Below are positions 1 to 10,654 of a stretch of DNA of 64,000 nucleotides, piece by piece (position 1 is the first letter of the stretch; each line of letters begins with the position of its first letter). Position numbers and translations under genes: made by a program. Source of the DNA: Patescibacteria group bacterium (GTDB taxonomy: Bacteria > Patescibacteriota > Patescibacteriia > UBA10025 > JAHIVO01); NCBI GenBank assembly GCA_049325535.1, contig JBMOKY010000001.1, forward strand, positions 1,074,118-1,138,117. The letters are read 5' to 3'. Below the pieces are notes generated by a model. The model saw only the letters and a program-made list of their open reading frames with translations. It ran no database searches and was not told where the DNA came from.

Positions 1-12
1 GGTGGCGCTGAT

Positions 13-41
13 TTGAAATAGAATCAAAGGCAAACTATACT
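13..41 (+). promoter_or_regulatory. sigma70-type promoter for the GIY-YIG gene
   Basis: TTGAAA (13-18), 17-bp spacer, TATACT (36-41). Confidence 0.55.
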
Positions 42-78
42 GACGACTGACCTCCCCACTAATCAATGGGGAGATTTT

Positions 79-381
79 ATGCATTACGTCTATATTCTAG
101 CTACGAAATATAATAAGATGCTGTATATCGGTATCACGAGTCACCTGGAGGGCAGGGTTCGACAGCATAAGGAAAAACAGATCGATGGGTATACGAGTAA
201 GTATAACGTTACCAAGCTAGTATACTTTGAGGAATTTCAGTATGTGTATGATGCGATAGTACGGGAAAAGCAATTGAAGGGTTGGTTACGCAGGAAAAAG
301 GATGCGCTGATTTCTGGTATGAATCCCGATTGGAAAGATCTCAGTGATGGTTGGTATAGCACGAACGAATCGTTATACTAA
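79..381 (+). CDS. small stand-alone GIY-YIG endonuclease (UPF0213/YhbQ-like)
   Basis: YVYIL...LYIG.T..L..R..QH, plus A..REKQLKGW.R.KK..LI...NP.W; GGGGAG SD at 68-73. Confidence 0.9.
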   Translation: MHYVYILATKYNKMLYIGITSHLEGRVRQHKEKQIDGYTSKYNVTKLVYFEEFQYVYDAIVREKQLKGWLRRKKDALISGMNPDWKDLSDGWYSTNESLY

Positions 382-390
382 CTCTTCTTG

Positions 391-564
391 TTGTCATCCT
401 GAGGGAGCGGTCGAGCGACCGAAGGATATAATTATATCCTTCGCTACGCTCAGGATGACAAGTGTGGGTCAGGATGACAAGCGGGAAGGGCGCTCAGGAT
501 GACAATGAAAAAAGTTGTCATTGCGAGCGAACCGCGTTAATGAACGCGGAAGCGGGGCAATCTC
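391..564. repeat. cluster of REP-like palindromic elements (TGTCATCCTGAG and TGTCATTGCGAG types)
   Basis: TTGTCATCCTGAG (391-403) and CTCAGGATGACAA (449-461) form an inverted repeat around a perfect 24-bp palindrome (420-443). TCAGGATGACAA recurs at 469-480 and 494-505. A second type, TTGTCATTGCGAGCGAA...GCGGGGCAATCTC, lies at 515-564. Confidence 0.85.
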
Positions 565-642
565 CCATTCGAGCCCGAAGGTAAAACGCCCTAGATTCAG
601 CATCTCCATAAGTTAACTTAATCCGGTGGCTTTTCTCTATCC

Positions 643-671
643 TTGACACCCTCTCCGATGCGAGTTATAAT
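643..671 (+). promoter_or_regulatory. perfect consensus sigma70 promoter, probably driving the 23S-5S rRNA unit
   Basis: TTGACA (643-648), 17-bp spacer, TATAAT (666-671); no long + strand ORF between it and the 23S. Confidence 0.85.
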
Positions 672-741
672 GCCAAATACGGAAAAGTAATACACACAAT
701 ATCCCCAGAAATATGCAAAAAACCTTATCATTAACCAAAAT

Positions 742-853
742 GGGCGACTAAATCACCATTATTTTAAAGTAATGATTTAGTCCCGCCCCAGCGGGATTTT
801 TGTTACCCCGCAACGGGGTAACAACCCCGAGCGAACAAAGCGAGTCGCGGGGT
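742..853 (+). other. hairpin cluster in the rRNA leader
   Basis: GACTAAATCA/TGATTTAGTC stem (746-782); GTCCCGC-ccca-GCGGGAT plus T tract (780-801); TTGTTACCCCG-caa-CGGGGTAACAA (800-824); ACCCCG...CGGGGT (824-853). Confidence 0.6.
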
Positions 854-952
854 CGCATGAAAAAGCCACTAGCACTTTTCAATCAGTGAAATATCCGAAC
901 TGCCGATCACTCTATATATAAATAGAATGATTCCAGATCAGATATTCAGACG

Positions 953-970
953 GGACATTGACAACTGAAT
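953..970 (+). promoter_or_regulatory. boxA-like antitermination element upstream of 23S
   Basis: ACATTGACAACTGAATA resembles the TCTTTGAAAACTGAATA-type boxA that precedes 23S genes; the position fits. Confidence 0.45.
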
Positions 971-1027
971 AGGCATAACACGTATCTTCACAATCATTTG
1001 GATCACGGCCCATGTTTCTATGGGAGT

Positions 1028-4094
<3,067 letters not shown>

Positions 4095-4186
4095 CTTCCA
4101 TGTGAGCATGGGCAACTATGCGCGTGTTATGCCGATCAATTTTTGATCGCAAGAGGCGTAGGGAATAATATATTTGTTTCCTGGCC

Positions 4187-4301
4187 TCTGGTGATCCAAG
4201 CCCCAGGGCCACACCTGATCCCATCCCGAACTCAGTAGTTAAGCCTGGGAGCGCCGATGATACTACGGGGCAAACCGTGGGGAAAGTAGGCCGTTGCCAG
4301 T
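4187..4301 (+). rRNA. rrf: 5S rRNA
   Basis: CCCATCCCGAAC, AGTTAAGC, GCCGATGATACT, AAAGTAGG..GTTGCCAG; helix I CTGGTGAT/GTTGCCAG. Confidence 0.96.
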
Positions 4302-4308
4302 TTATCAA

Positions 4309-4339
4309 AGAACGTTTCCAGAAATGGAGACGTTTTTTG
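4309..4339 (+). terminator. intrinsic terminator of the rRNA unit
   Basis: AGAACGTTTCCA-gaaa-TGGAGACGTTTTTT. Confidence 0.8.
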
Positions 4340-4340
4340 A

Positions 4341-4460
4341 TTGGCAATATCATCTCCACAACTTACGACAATCCCATCAGGCGTGATGCAGCCAAGAGAT
4401 CTGCCGTTGCCAGTTTTATATAGAACGCCTTTTTAGTGATGAAGGATGTTTTTTCTTTTT
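4341..4460 (+). pseudogene. degenerate, internally deleted 5S-like copy with a second terminator
   Basis: GCCGTTGCCAGTTT occurs at both 4290-4303 and 4403-4416. TTGGCAAT (4341-4348) pairs with GTTGCCAG (4406-4413). CCACA...ATCCCATC is retained. It is followed by AGAACG...hairpin...TTTTTT. Confidence 0.55.
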
Positions 4461-4618
4461 TTGTGGCACAGTGAAGCCTCCCTAGATAAGTGCTGCGTCA
4501 TTATTGGCGTTTGTCGAATTTAATTTTAACTGCTCTCTATTTACTACTCAAAAATTGCTCAACAGGTGTTATTTATACCTTATATTAGCCAAGAAATCAT
4601 AAGCTGTGGATACTGCCC

Positions 4619-4667
4619 TTGAATAAATAGTGCATATATTGTATGATGGTGTATGAAAATTTACACC
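4619..4667 (+). promoter_or_regulatory. promoter with candidate operator for the RHH-NTase gene
   Basis: TTGAAT-N17-TATGAT (4619-4647); TGTATGA direct repeat at 4640 and 4650; GGTGTA-N8-TACACC inverted repeat 4648-4667. Confidence 0.45.
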
Positions 4668-4672
4668 TACCT

Positions 4673-5509
4673 ATGGAACGTTCTCGACTTACCATTACCC
4701 TGAAAAAAGACCTTCTCCCCCTCGTGGATGAGGTTATTGATGGCACGCGAATACGTAACCGATCGCACGCGATCGAATACCTCCTCAGCCAGTCACTGCG
4801 TCCAAAAACGAACAAGGCGCTGGTTCTGGCCGCCGGTCGTGGAGTCAACATGCGTCCATTCACCTATGAAATCCCCAAAACCCTTATCCCTGTCCAGGGA
4901 AAACCAATCCTGGAATATTCGATAGAAATGCTTCGCGATGCAGGGTTTACGGACCTCTATGTCATGGTGGGTCATCTGGGCGACAAAATCATGTCGCACT
5001 TCGGCGACGGCTCGCGTTTTGGCGTGAAGATAACATATCTAAAAGAACGCAAGGAGCAAGGTACGGCCACCGCACTGCGCCACGCAGAGCGATATTTACA
5101 GCGCTCCCCCTTCCTCATGCTCTATGGTGATGTGCTCATCGACATCTCAATAAAAGACTTCGTGGAATTCCACCGGACACTGGGTGGTACAGCCACCATG
5201 GCTATCACCTCTAGCGATAAACCATATGAATTTGGCGTGGTGAGGCTGCACGGAAACAAGATCGTCAAATTCACCGAGAAACCAGAGCGGGGCAAACGCA
5301 TGGGGCATTTCGTCAATGCCGGGCTCTTCTTTCTCAATCCCGACATTTTTAAGTACGTCCCCAAGATGGGCTACTCCATGCTGGAAAAAGACGTTTTCCC
5401 CAAATTAGTAGCTGAGGGCAAGCTCATCGGTTATCCCTTCGAGGGACAATGGTTCGACGTCGGCACGCCGGAAATTTACGAGGAAGCGCTCAAGGACTGG
5501 CGACCTTAG
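4673..5509 (+). CDS. N-terminal ribbon-helix-helix (CopG/Arc-like) domain fused to an NDP-sugar nucleotidyltransferase domain
   Basis: RLTITLKKDLL..VD.......NRSHAIEYLL (RHH), then LVLAAGRG..MRP.T...PK.L.PV.GKPIL, GTA, YGD, EKP, VNAG, WFDVGT. ATG 4673 chosen as start. Confidence 0.85.
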   Translation: MERSRLTITLKKDLLPLVDEVIDGTRIRNRSHAIEYLLSQSLRPKTNKALVLAAGRGVNMRPFTYEIPKTLIPVQGKPILEYSIEMLRDAGFTDLYVMVGHLGDKIMSHFGDGSRFGVKITYLKERKEQGTATALRHAERYLQRSPFLMLYGDVLIDISIKDFVEFHRTLGGTATMAITSSDKPYEFGVVRLHGNKIVKFTEKPERGKRMGHFVNAGLFFLNPDIFKYVPKMGYSMLEKDVFPKLVAEGKLIGYPFEGQWFDVGTPEIYEEALKDWRP

Positions 5510-5516
5510 TATTGAT

Positions 5517-5568
5517 ACTTTTTTAAAACACCTCCGCACCTTCGGTGGGAAGGCGTTTTAAAAAAGTA
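5517..5568. terminator. long inverted repeat, probably a bidirectional terminator
   Basis: TACTTTTTTAAAAC...GTTTTAAAAAAGTA flanking a GC-rich inner stem. Confidence 0.6.
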
Positions 5569-5610
5569 AACATAGCGATCTTTGTCATTCTAGCAGAAGG
5601 GATTTTGCAC

Positions 5611-6510
5611 ATGAGCAAATACCACCTCATCGGAGTGGACGTTGGCGGAACTCATCTGAAAGTGGGCATTCGGGAACCAGGGACGGATACGCTTGTTCGT
5701 TTCAAACGAACGGCGTCGTTATGTGGTGCACCTGCCGAAGAAGTCTGGTCAAATGTCTTCAATGAAATCGCGTCAGTCAATGGCGTGCTCCCGCACAATG
5801 CGGTAATCGGGCTTTCCATGCCAGGAGAACTCGACTCACTGCGTGGCGTCATCACCTCTCGTCGGCTTGGGCTGACCAATTTCTCATATGTTGAGCTTTT
5901 TGCCCAACGAGGGTTGCGTCCAGTCGGCATCAATGACGCTCAGGCAAGCGCCATCGGCGAGCTGCACTTCGGTGCAGGGCGGCATTACCAGGATATGGTT
6001 ATCCTAACACTCGGTACCAACATCGGTGGTGCAATAATCTACAACGGTAGGCTCATGACATCAAGTTCGGGCTATACGGTCGGGGTTGTTGCCCATGTGA
6101 CGGTGGACCCTCACGGTCCGGTCTGTCGCTGCGGCCGCCGCGGCTGCTGGGAAACCAAGTGTTCAAAGGCTACCATCCTGACCAGAGCTCGCCAGCTCGG
6201 TATTGACTGCCAGGAAGTCGAGGAGCTCGCCCAGCTGATCGAAACGGATGAGCGGGCACAGACGGTCTTCCGGGAACTCGGAGAGAATATCGCCCAGGGC
6301 ATTCTGGTATTCCTGGACATGCTGGCACCGCAGGCCATCGTCCTCAGCGGTGGCATTTCAAAGGTCGGATCCGTCCTGACGGATCGAATCAATGAAATCG
6401 TCCAGCCCCATGTCCGAGAAGGGCGGCAGCTCCAAATCATGTCTTCCCCGTTGGGTGACATGGCCGGTGTGCTCGGCGCCACCTACCTCGCCGAACACCA
6501 TTCTGCGTAA
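5611..6510 (+). CDS. ROK family sugar kinase (glucokinase-like)
   Basis: IGVDVGGT, NDA, LTLGT.IGG, zinc motif C.CG..GC.E. Confidence 0.9.
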   Translation: MSKYHLIGVDVGGTHLKVGIREPGTDTLVRFKRTASLCGAPAEEVWSNVFNEIASVNGVLPHNAVIGLSMPGELDSLRGVITSRRLGLTNFSYVELFAQRGLRPVGINDAQASAIGELHFGAGRHYQDMVILTLGTNIGGAIIYNGRLMTSSSGYTVGVVAHVTVDPHGPVCRCGRRGCWETKCSKATILTRARQLGIDCQEVEELAQLIETDERAQTVFRELGENIAQGILVFLDMLAPQAIVLSGGISKVGSVLTDRINEIVQPHVREGRQLQIMSSPLGDMAGVLGATYLAEHHSA

Positions 6511-6537
6511 GCTCCTTCAGTCCGCTTTCGTCAAGCA

Positions 6538-6580
6538 GAGCGCCCAGTTCAAAATCACTGACCCGGGCGCTTTTTTTATT
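6538..6580. terminator. terminator between convergent genes
   Basis: GAGCGCCC...GGGCGCTTTTTTT. Confidence 0.6.
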
Positions 6581-7340
6581 TGATAGCGCGGAGCAATTCG
6601 AGTACTGTTTTTTTATTCCCGGCAATCACATCATAGGTCCCCTGTGCAATCTGACGTGGCAGCGCATTGCCAGCAAGCGTATAGACGACACCACCAACCT
6701 CTTGCAACAATAAGATGCCGGCAGCGATATCCCAACTGGAGACATCGGTAAAAATTCCAGCGTTGATGCGGCCAGCTGCGCAGTATGCCAGCGTAATAGC
6801 GGTCGAGCCTAAATACCGTGTCTTGCGGGCTGACCGGATTATTTTTGGAATCAATCGTGCTCCCTGCTGACGATCTGCAAATGCGACGGCGGCGACAGCT
6901 TCATCGAGTCGGACCGGAGCTAATCGCGGCAATCGGGTGTTATTGAGCTTCACCCCGGCATGGGCGCTCCCGGCGAAAAATTCATCATGAATGGGATCAT
7001 ACATCGTGGCGTGGATGATCTGTCCATCTCTGAGAAGCGCAATCGTGGTACAATACAGAGGTAACCCAATCGGATAATTTGCCGTTCCATCAATCGGATC
7101 AATAATCCACGTGTATCGGCTTGATCCTTCCTGGACGCCCAGCTCCTCACCAATGATACGATCATGTGGGAAATATCGCTGTATCGAACGGCGAATCTGT
7201 CGCTCGGCGCTGACGTCGATGTCGGTCACTACGCTTTTTCTGTCATCCTTGTAGCTTACCCGCGCGATGCGGCTTTGACTCCGAAGAATATAGCGCCCTG
7301 CTCGTTTGGTGATAGTTAGTAATAGTGCTTCTCTGGTCAT
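6576..7340 (-). CDS. suhB: inositol monophosphatase family protein (SuhB-like)
   Basis: VTDID..AE, IIGEE, WIIDPIDGT.NY, WD.AAG. Confidence 0.88.
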   Translation of the reverse strand: MTREALLLTITKRAGRYILRSQSRIARVSYKDDRKSVVTDIDVSAERQIRRSIQRYFPHDRIIGEELGVQEGSSRYTWIIDPIDGTANYPIGLPLYCTTIALLRDGQIIHATMYDPIHDEFFAGSAHAGVKLNNTRLPRLAPVRLDEAVAAVAFADRQQGARLIPKIIRSARKTRYLGSTAITLAYCAAGRINAGIFTDVSSWDIAAGILLLQEVGGVVYTLAGNALPRQIAQGTYDVIAGNKKTVLELLRAIK

Positions 7341-7410
7341 AGTCACTACGTATTATAATATTATTTTTCCTGTTCGCATTGTACCATAGGGTAGTCGGGC
7401 AAACCAGCCG

Positions 7411-7439
7411 TTGACATGCCCCTCGCTGACCGATATACT
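7411..7439 (+). promoter_or_regulatory. sigma70 promoter
   Basis: TTGACA-N17-TATACT, about 30 nt upstream of ATG 7470. Confidence 0.7.
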
Positions 7440-7469
7440 CTGTAATCATCATAAGCCACTACAAACAAT

Positions 7470-8288
7470 ATGAATCGAGAAAAAGAAATGTCCCCGGAAT
7501 TTAATAACGAAGCTATTCGTGAACAATACCAGGCTGTTCTCCGTGAGCTGCTAGAACAGCGAATTGCCATGGTCGGTGAAACAGCGGCTGAATCACATGA
7601 TCCAAATGCGAGTGTCGAGCAACAACTCGAATCACTGACGCTCCACGCAGAACAGATGCGACAGCAGCAGGGTGGAAAAACAAACGAATTTATCATCATG
7701 CAGGGGGCTTCAGGAGCAGGTAAAAGCACCATCGGCAAAGCGCTCGGCTTACCTCGATTTCCCCGCCATACCGATCGACAGCCCCGGCCCGGTGAAGTGG
7801 ACGGCGCTGACTACATCTTTATTTCCGCTGATGAATTTACCGCAAAACTCGAAGCCGGAGATTTTGTCGGCAATCCGGCCGAAACATACGGCGAGCGCCG
7901 AGGCATGGATCGCAGAACGTTGGATAGCTTTCTAGCCAAGGGGGGTTTTTATATCGATGGGAGTGCCCGCACACCACTGGATTTCTACTCTGACCCGGAA
8001 TACCACCACCATGAATTCCTGTCGGTTTTTGTGATGCCTCCGTCATTCGATGAATTGGTCCGCCGACTCCACGCCCGCACGCAGCAAGAACGCGGCCGGG
8101 CACAAACCGACCTACAGGTAAGTTCAGAGGATCAGATCCAAAAAAGGATAGCCGGAAGCGTGGAGCACCTGCGCAAAGCCTTGGCCTCGCAGGATGGCAA
8201 GCCCGTTACCGACCTGTTTCTAGTCAATGACCACATCGAACGGGCAACCGGTATCGTGCGGAGCGTCATCGGCAGCAATAAACGGTAG
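7470..8288 (+). CDS. gmk: guanylate kinase-like protein with an approximately 70-aa N-terminal helical extension
   Basis: P-loop GASGAGKST, T.R.PRPGE.DG.DY.F, VFV.PPS..EL..RL. Confidence 0.75.
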   Translation: MNREKEMSPEFNNEAIREQYQAVLRELLEQRIAMVGETAAESHDPNASVEQQLESLTLHAEQMRQQQGGKTNEFIIMQGASGAGKSTIGKALGLPRFPRHTDRQPRPGEVDGADYIFISADEFTAKLEAGDFVGNPAETYGERRGMDRRTLDSFLAKGGFYIDGSARTPLDFYSDPEYHHHEFLSVFVMPPSFDELVRRLHARTQQERGRAQTDLQVSSEDQIQKRIAGSVEHLRKALASQDGKPVTDLFLVNDHIERATGIVRSVIGSNKR

Positions 8289-8339
8289 CGTCCGATTCCA
8301 TCAAAGACCGTCCAGCCACGGACGCATTGTGCTATGGTA

Positions 8340-9503
8340 TCATGACTGAGCGATAGAATGTACCAGTCGTATATACTGCTCGTGCTGTCGCTGTGTATAC
8401 GACCCCAAAAACGGCTCGGCATATTGGAGGAATTTTTCCCGTACCTGGAATTTTTCAAAATCAAAATACGCATCATCCAGAAAACGCACTGCTCCCACCG
8501 CCTCGGCCAAAGGAATATCGGCAACATCGATTTCCATGCGCTGCATATCCGGACGCGACACACATGCCATCCGCCCAAACGATCCAGCCAGCAGTATCTC
8601 CACCGCCCGCTCTCCCAATGCTCGGGCGACGCGCGCGTCAACGTCAATGGGATTGCCCGTCTGCATGAAATTGCCGGGAAATAATGGTTTACCGCTAATC
8701 CCCAGCTCTTCGGTAATTTTCTTGCACAGGCCCATAGCCACAAATGCCTTCCGCTGTACCTGAAATGAATCGGCCGCATTGGCAGCCTGCAGCATCCCCT
8801 GCACATCACGATCAAAGCGCGCCTCTTCAGACAGCACGACCGTCACATAATTTCCATTTGCCTCATACCGTTGTTGTACTGCTTGTAGTACAGCATCGAG
8901 TTTGTACTCGCGCTCCGGCGGCAATATCACATCAGCCAGTCCGAACGCCGCAGCGGCGGTGAGCCACCCGGATTGACGGCCTAGCACTTCGATGACAAAC
9001 ACCCGGGATAGAGCATAGGCCGCGTCCATTTTGATATTGTAGGCATATTGTGCCGTCAAAAATGCCGCCGTGGGATAGCCGGGCGTCCAATAGGTCTGCT
9101 GCAGGTCATTGTCTATCGTTTTGGGAATCCCGACGATAGGGATCCCCTCGTGCTGAAATAATTTGTATGCCGCGCCCAGCGTATCGTCGCCGCCGATCGC
9201 CACCACATAGTCGACTTTATACTCGCGTAACTTTTCCTTGAGGATGGCCACTCCATCATCCACGGCAAAAGGATTGGTACGACTGGACCGTAAAAAGGTG
9301 CCGCCGACATGTTCGATCGGTGAGGTATCAAATTCGGTTAGGTCAATCACCCTACCGTTTGCCCCGAGGCTTGCCCAGCCGTGTAAACCGCCCAATATGC
9401 GCAGTTGAGATTTTTGTGCAGCGGTAATGACCCCGTATAATGTCGGATTGAGTGCCGGCGCCAGCCCACCGCCGGTAAATACCAGTACTGTTTTTTGATT
9501 CAT
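8340..9503 (-). CDS. pfkA: 6-phosphofructokinase, predicted PPi-dependent
   Basis: TGGG.AP..N, GGT.L.SSR, IGGDDT, PKTIDND, E..GR..GW. ATG 9503 chosen as start. Confidence 0.9.
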   Translation of the reverse strand: MNQKTVLVFTGGGLAPALNPTLYGVITAAQKSQLRILGGLHGWASLGANGRVIDLTEFDTSPIEHVGGTFLRSSRTNPFAVDDGVAILKEKLREYKVDYVVAIGGDDTLGAAYKLFQHEGIPIVGIPKTIDNDLQQTYWTPGYPTAAFLTAQYAYNIKMDAAYALSRVFVIEVLGRQSGWLTAAAAFGLADVILPPEREYKLDAVLQAVQQRYEANGNYVTVVLSEEARFDRDVQGMLQAANAADSFQVQRKAFVAMGLCKKITEELGISGKPLFPGNFMQTGNPIDVDARVARALGERAVEILLAGSFGRMACVSRPDMQRMEIDVADIPLAEAVGAVRFLDDAYFDFEKFQVREKFLQYAEPFLGSYTQRQHEQYIRLVHSIAQS

Positions 9504-9547
9504 ATGATTACTCCACAGTGTACCAAAAAACCGCCCTCCTGGACAGC

Positions 9548-9576
9548 TTGACAATGCTGCCGGTATTGGGTATGCT
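9548..9576 (+). promoter_or_regulatory. sigma70 promoter of the PfkB gene
   Basis: TTGACA-N17-TATGCT; strong SD AAGGAGGT at about 9636-9643. Confidence 0.65.
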
Positions 9577-9652
9577 ACTGCATTACACAAAAAAACAATA
9601 AAAGAGAAACTTTACAACCCCACATACACGCTCAGAAGGAGGTGTGGTTATC

Positions 9653-10630
9653 ATGGACACACCATTGTTTGACATTGACCCCCAGGCTAATTATCATGCC
9701 GCGACCGGTCTGTCCGTCTGCGAGGAAATCCTCGTGGTGCCGGACGATGCGAAAAACATCGACATGAGTAAGGAGCCCTCGGGCATCACCCGCTTGGCCA
9801 GTGGTACGGCGCTGAATATCACCAATATCCTGCGCAACACCTTTGGCTTTTCGGTCAAGCTGCTGGCCGCCGTCGATCATGTGGAAAAAGGCATTGGTCG
9901 GGGTTTTATATCCCGACGAATGGACCAGATGAATATCGATTGGCATCCCCTGCCAATCCTGGACGGCAGCCACACTGCGGTGATCGTGCGTCGCGACGGA
10001 GCGATGCACAAAATATTCTCGGACAAACGCCCGCTGTTGAAGGAGATGGTTCAGGAGGTGGGCAACCAGATTCGCTTGTCCAATCCGGCGGTGATCATCG
10101 CCAGCGGCGTCATGCCCGGCGAGGTGAACATGATCCGGGAAATGTTCACCACCAAACCGAGGGCCATCCGCGTGCTCAATCCACGCGTACAGCTCATCCG
10201 CGATACGGATAAATTTCAGCAGCTGCTGGAAAATACCGATCTGCTCATCCTCAACCATGAGGAGCTCGGGCATTGCCTCGGCAAGGAGATCACCTGCGAG
10301 GGAATATCTCTGGATGACATCAAACCCATCCACGACCGGGGGGTCTCGACGATCATCCTCACCTGCAATCTGCAAGGAGCGATAGTCTCCCATCCAGCTG
10401 GGGGAATCTGGCACCACCAGCCGGTTGTTGCGGCAAAACAGGTGGTCGATCCCACCGGCGCCGGTGACTCATTCACTGCCGGGGTGGCCGCAGCTATCCT
10501 GCACCAAAAACCGTACTCCGAGCTCATGCTCTGGGGTGCGGTGATGAGCAGTATCAATGTGGGTAAATGGGGGGGCGCCAACTGCCCCACACTGGACGAA
10601 TTTACCGAAACGGTAAACCACAACCGGTAA
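9653..10630 (+). CDS. PfkB/ribokinase family carbohydrate kinase
   Basis: N..E motif (LNHEE) and signature VVDPTGAGDSF. Confidence 0.88.
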   Translation: MDTPLFDIDPQANYHAATGLSVCEEILVVPDDAKNIDMSKEPSGITRLASGTALNITNILRNTFGFSVKLLAAVDHVEKGIGRGFISRRMDQMNIDWHPLPILDGSHTAVIVRRDGAMHKIFSDKRPLLKEMVQEVGNQIRLSNPAVIIASGVMPGEVNMIREMFTTKPRAIRVLNPRVQLIRDTDKFQQLLENTDLLILNHEELGHCLGKEITCEGISLDDIKPIHDRGVSTIILTCNLQGAIVSHPAGGIWHHQPVVAAKQVVDPTGAGDSFTAGVAAAILHQKPYSELMLWGAVMSSINVGKWGGANCPTLDEFTETVNHNR

Positions 10631-10654
10631 TTTCCGTACGGAGTTCTCCGCTGC

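Noticed and set aside
391-505. CRISPR array suggested by the repeated TCAGGATGACAA
   Set aside because: The repeats are only 12-14 bp, the spacers are about 7-13 bp, one copy is inverted, and there are no cas genes.
4605-4613. DnaA-box-like TGTGGATAC
   Set aside because: It is a single imperfect copy far from the origin, which is expected by chance.
9632-10417. Long antisense ORFs (also 16214-16969, 20267-20944 and 8132-8815)
   Set aside because: They overlap or lie opposite well-supported genes, have no motifs, and are expected shadows at this GC content.
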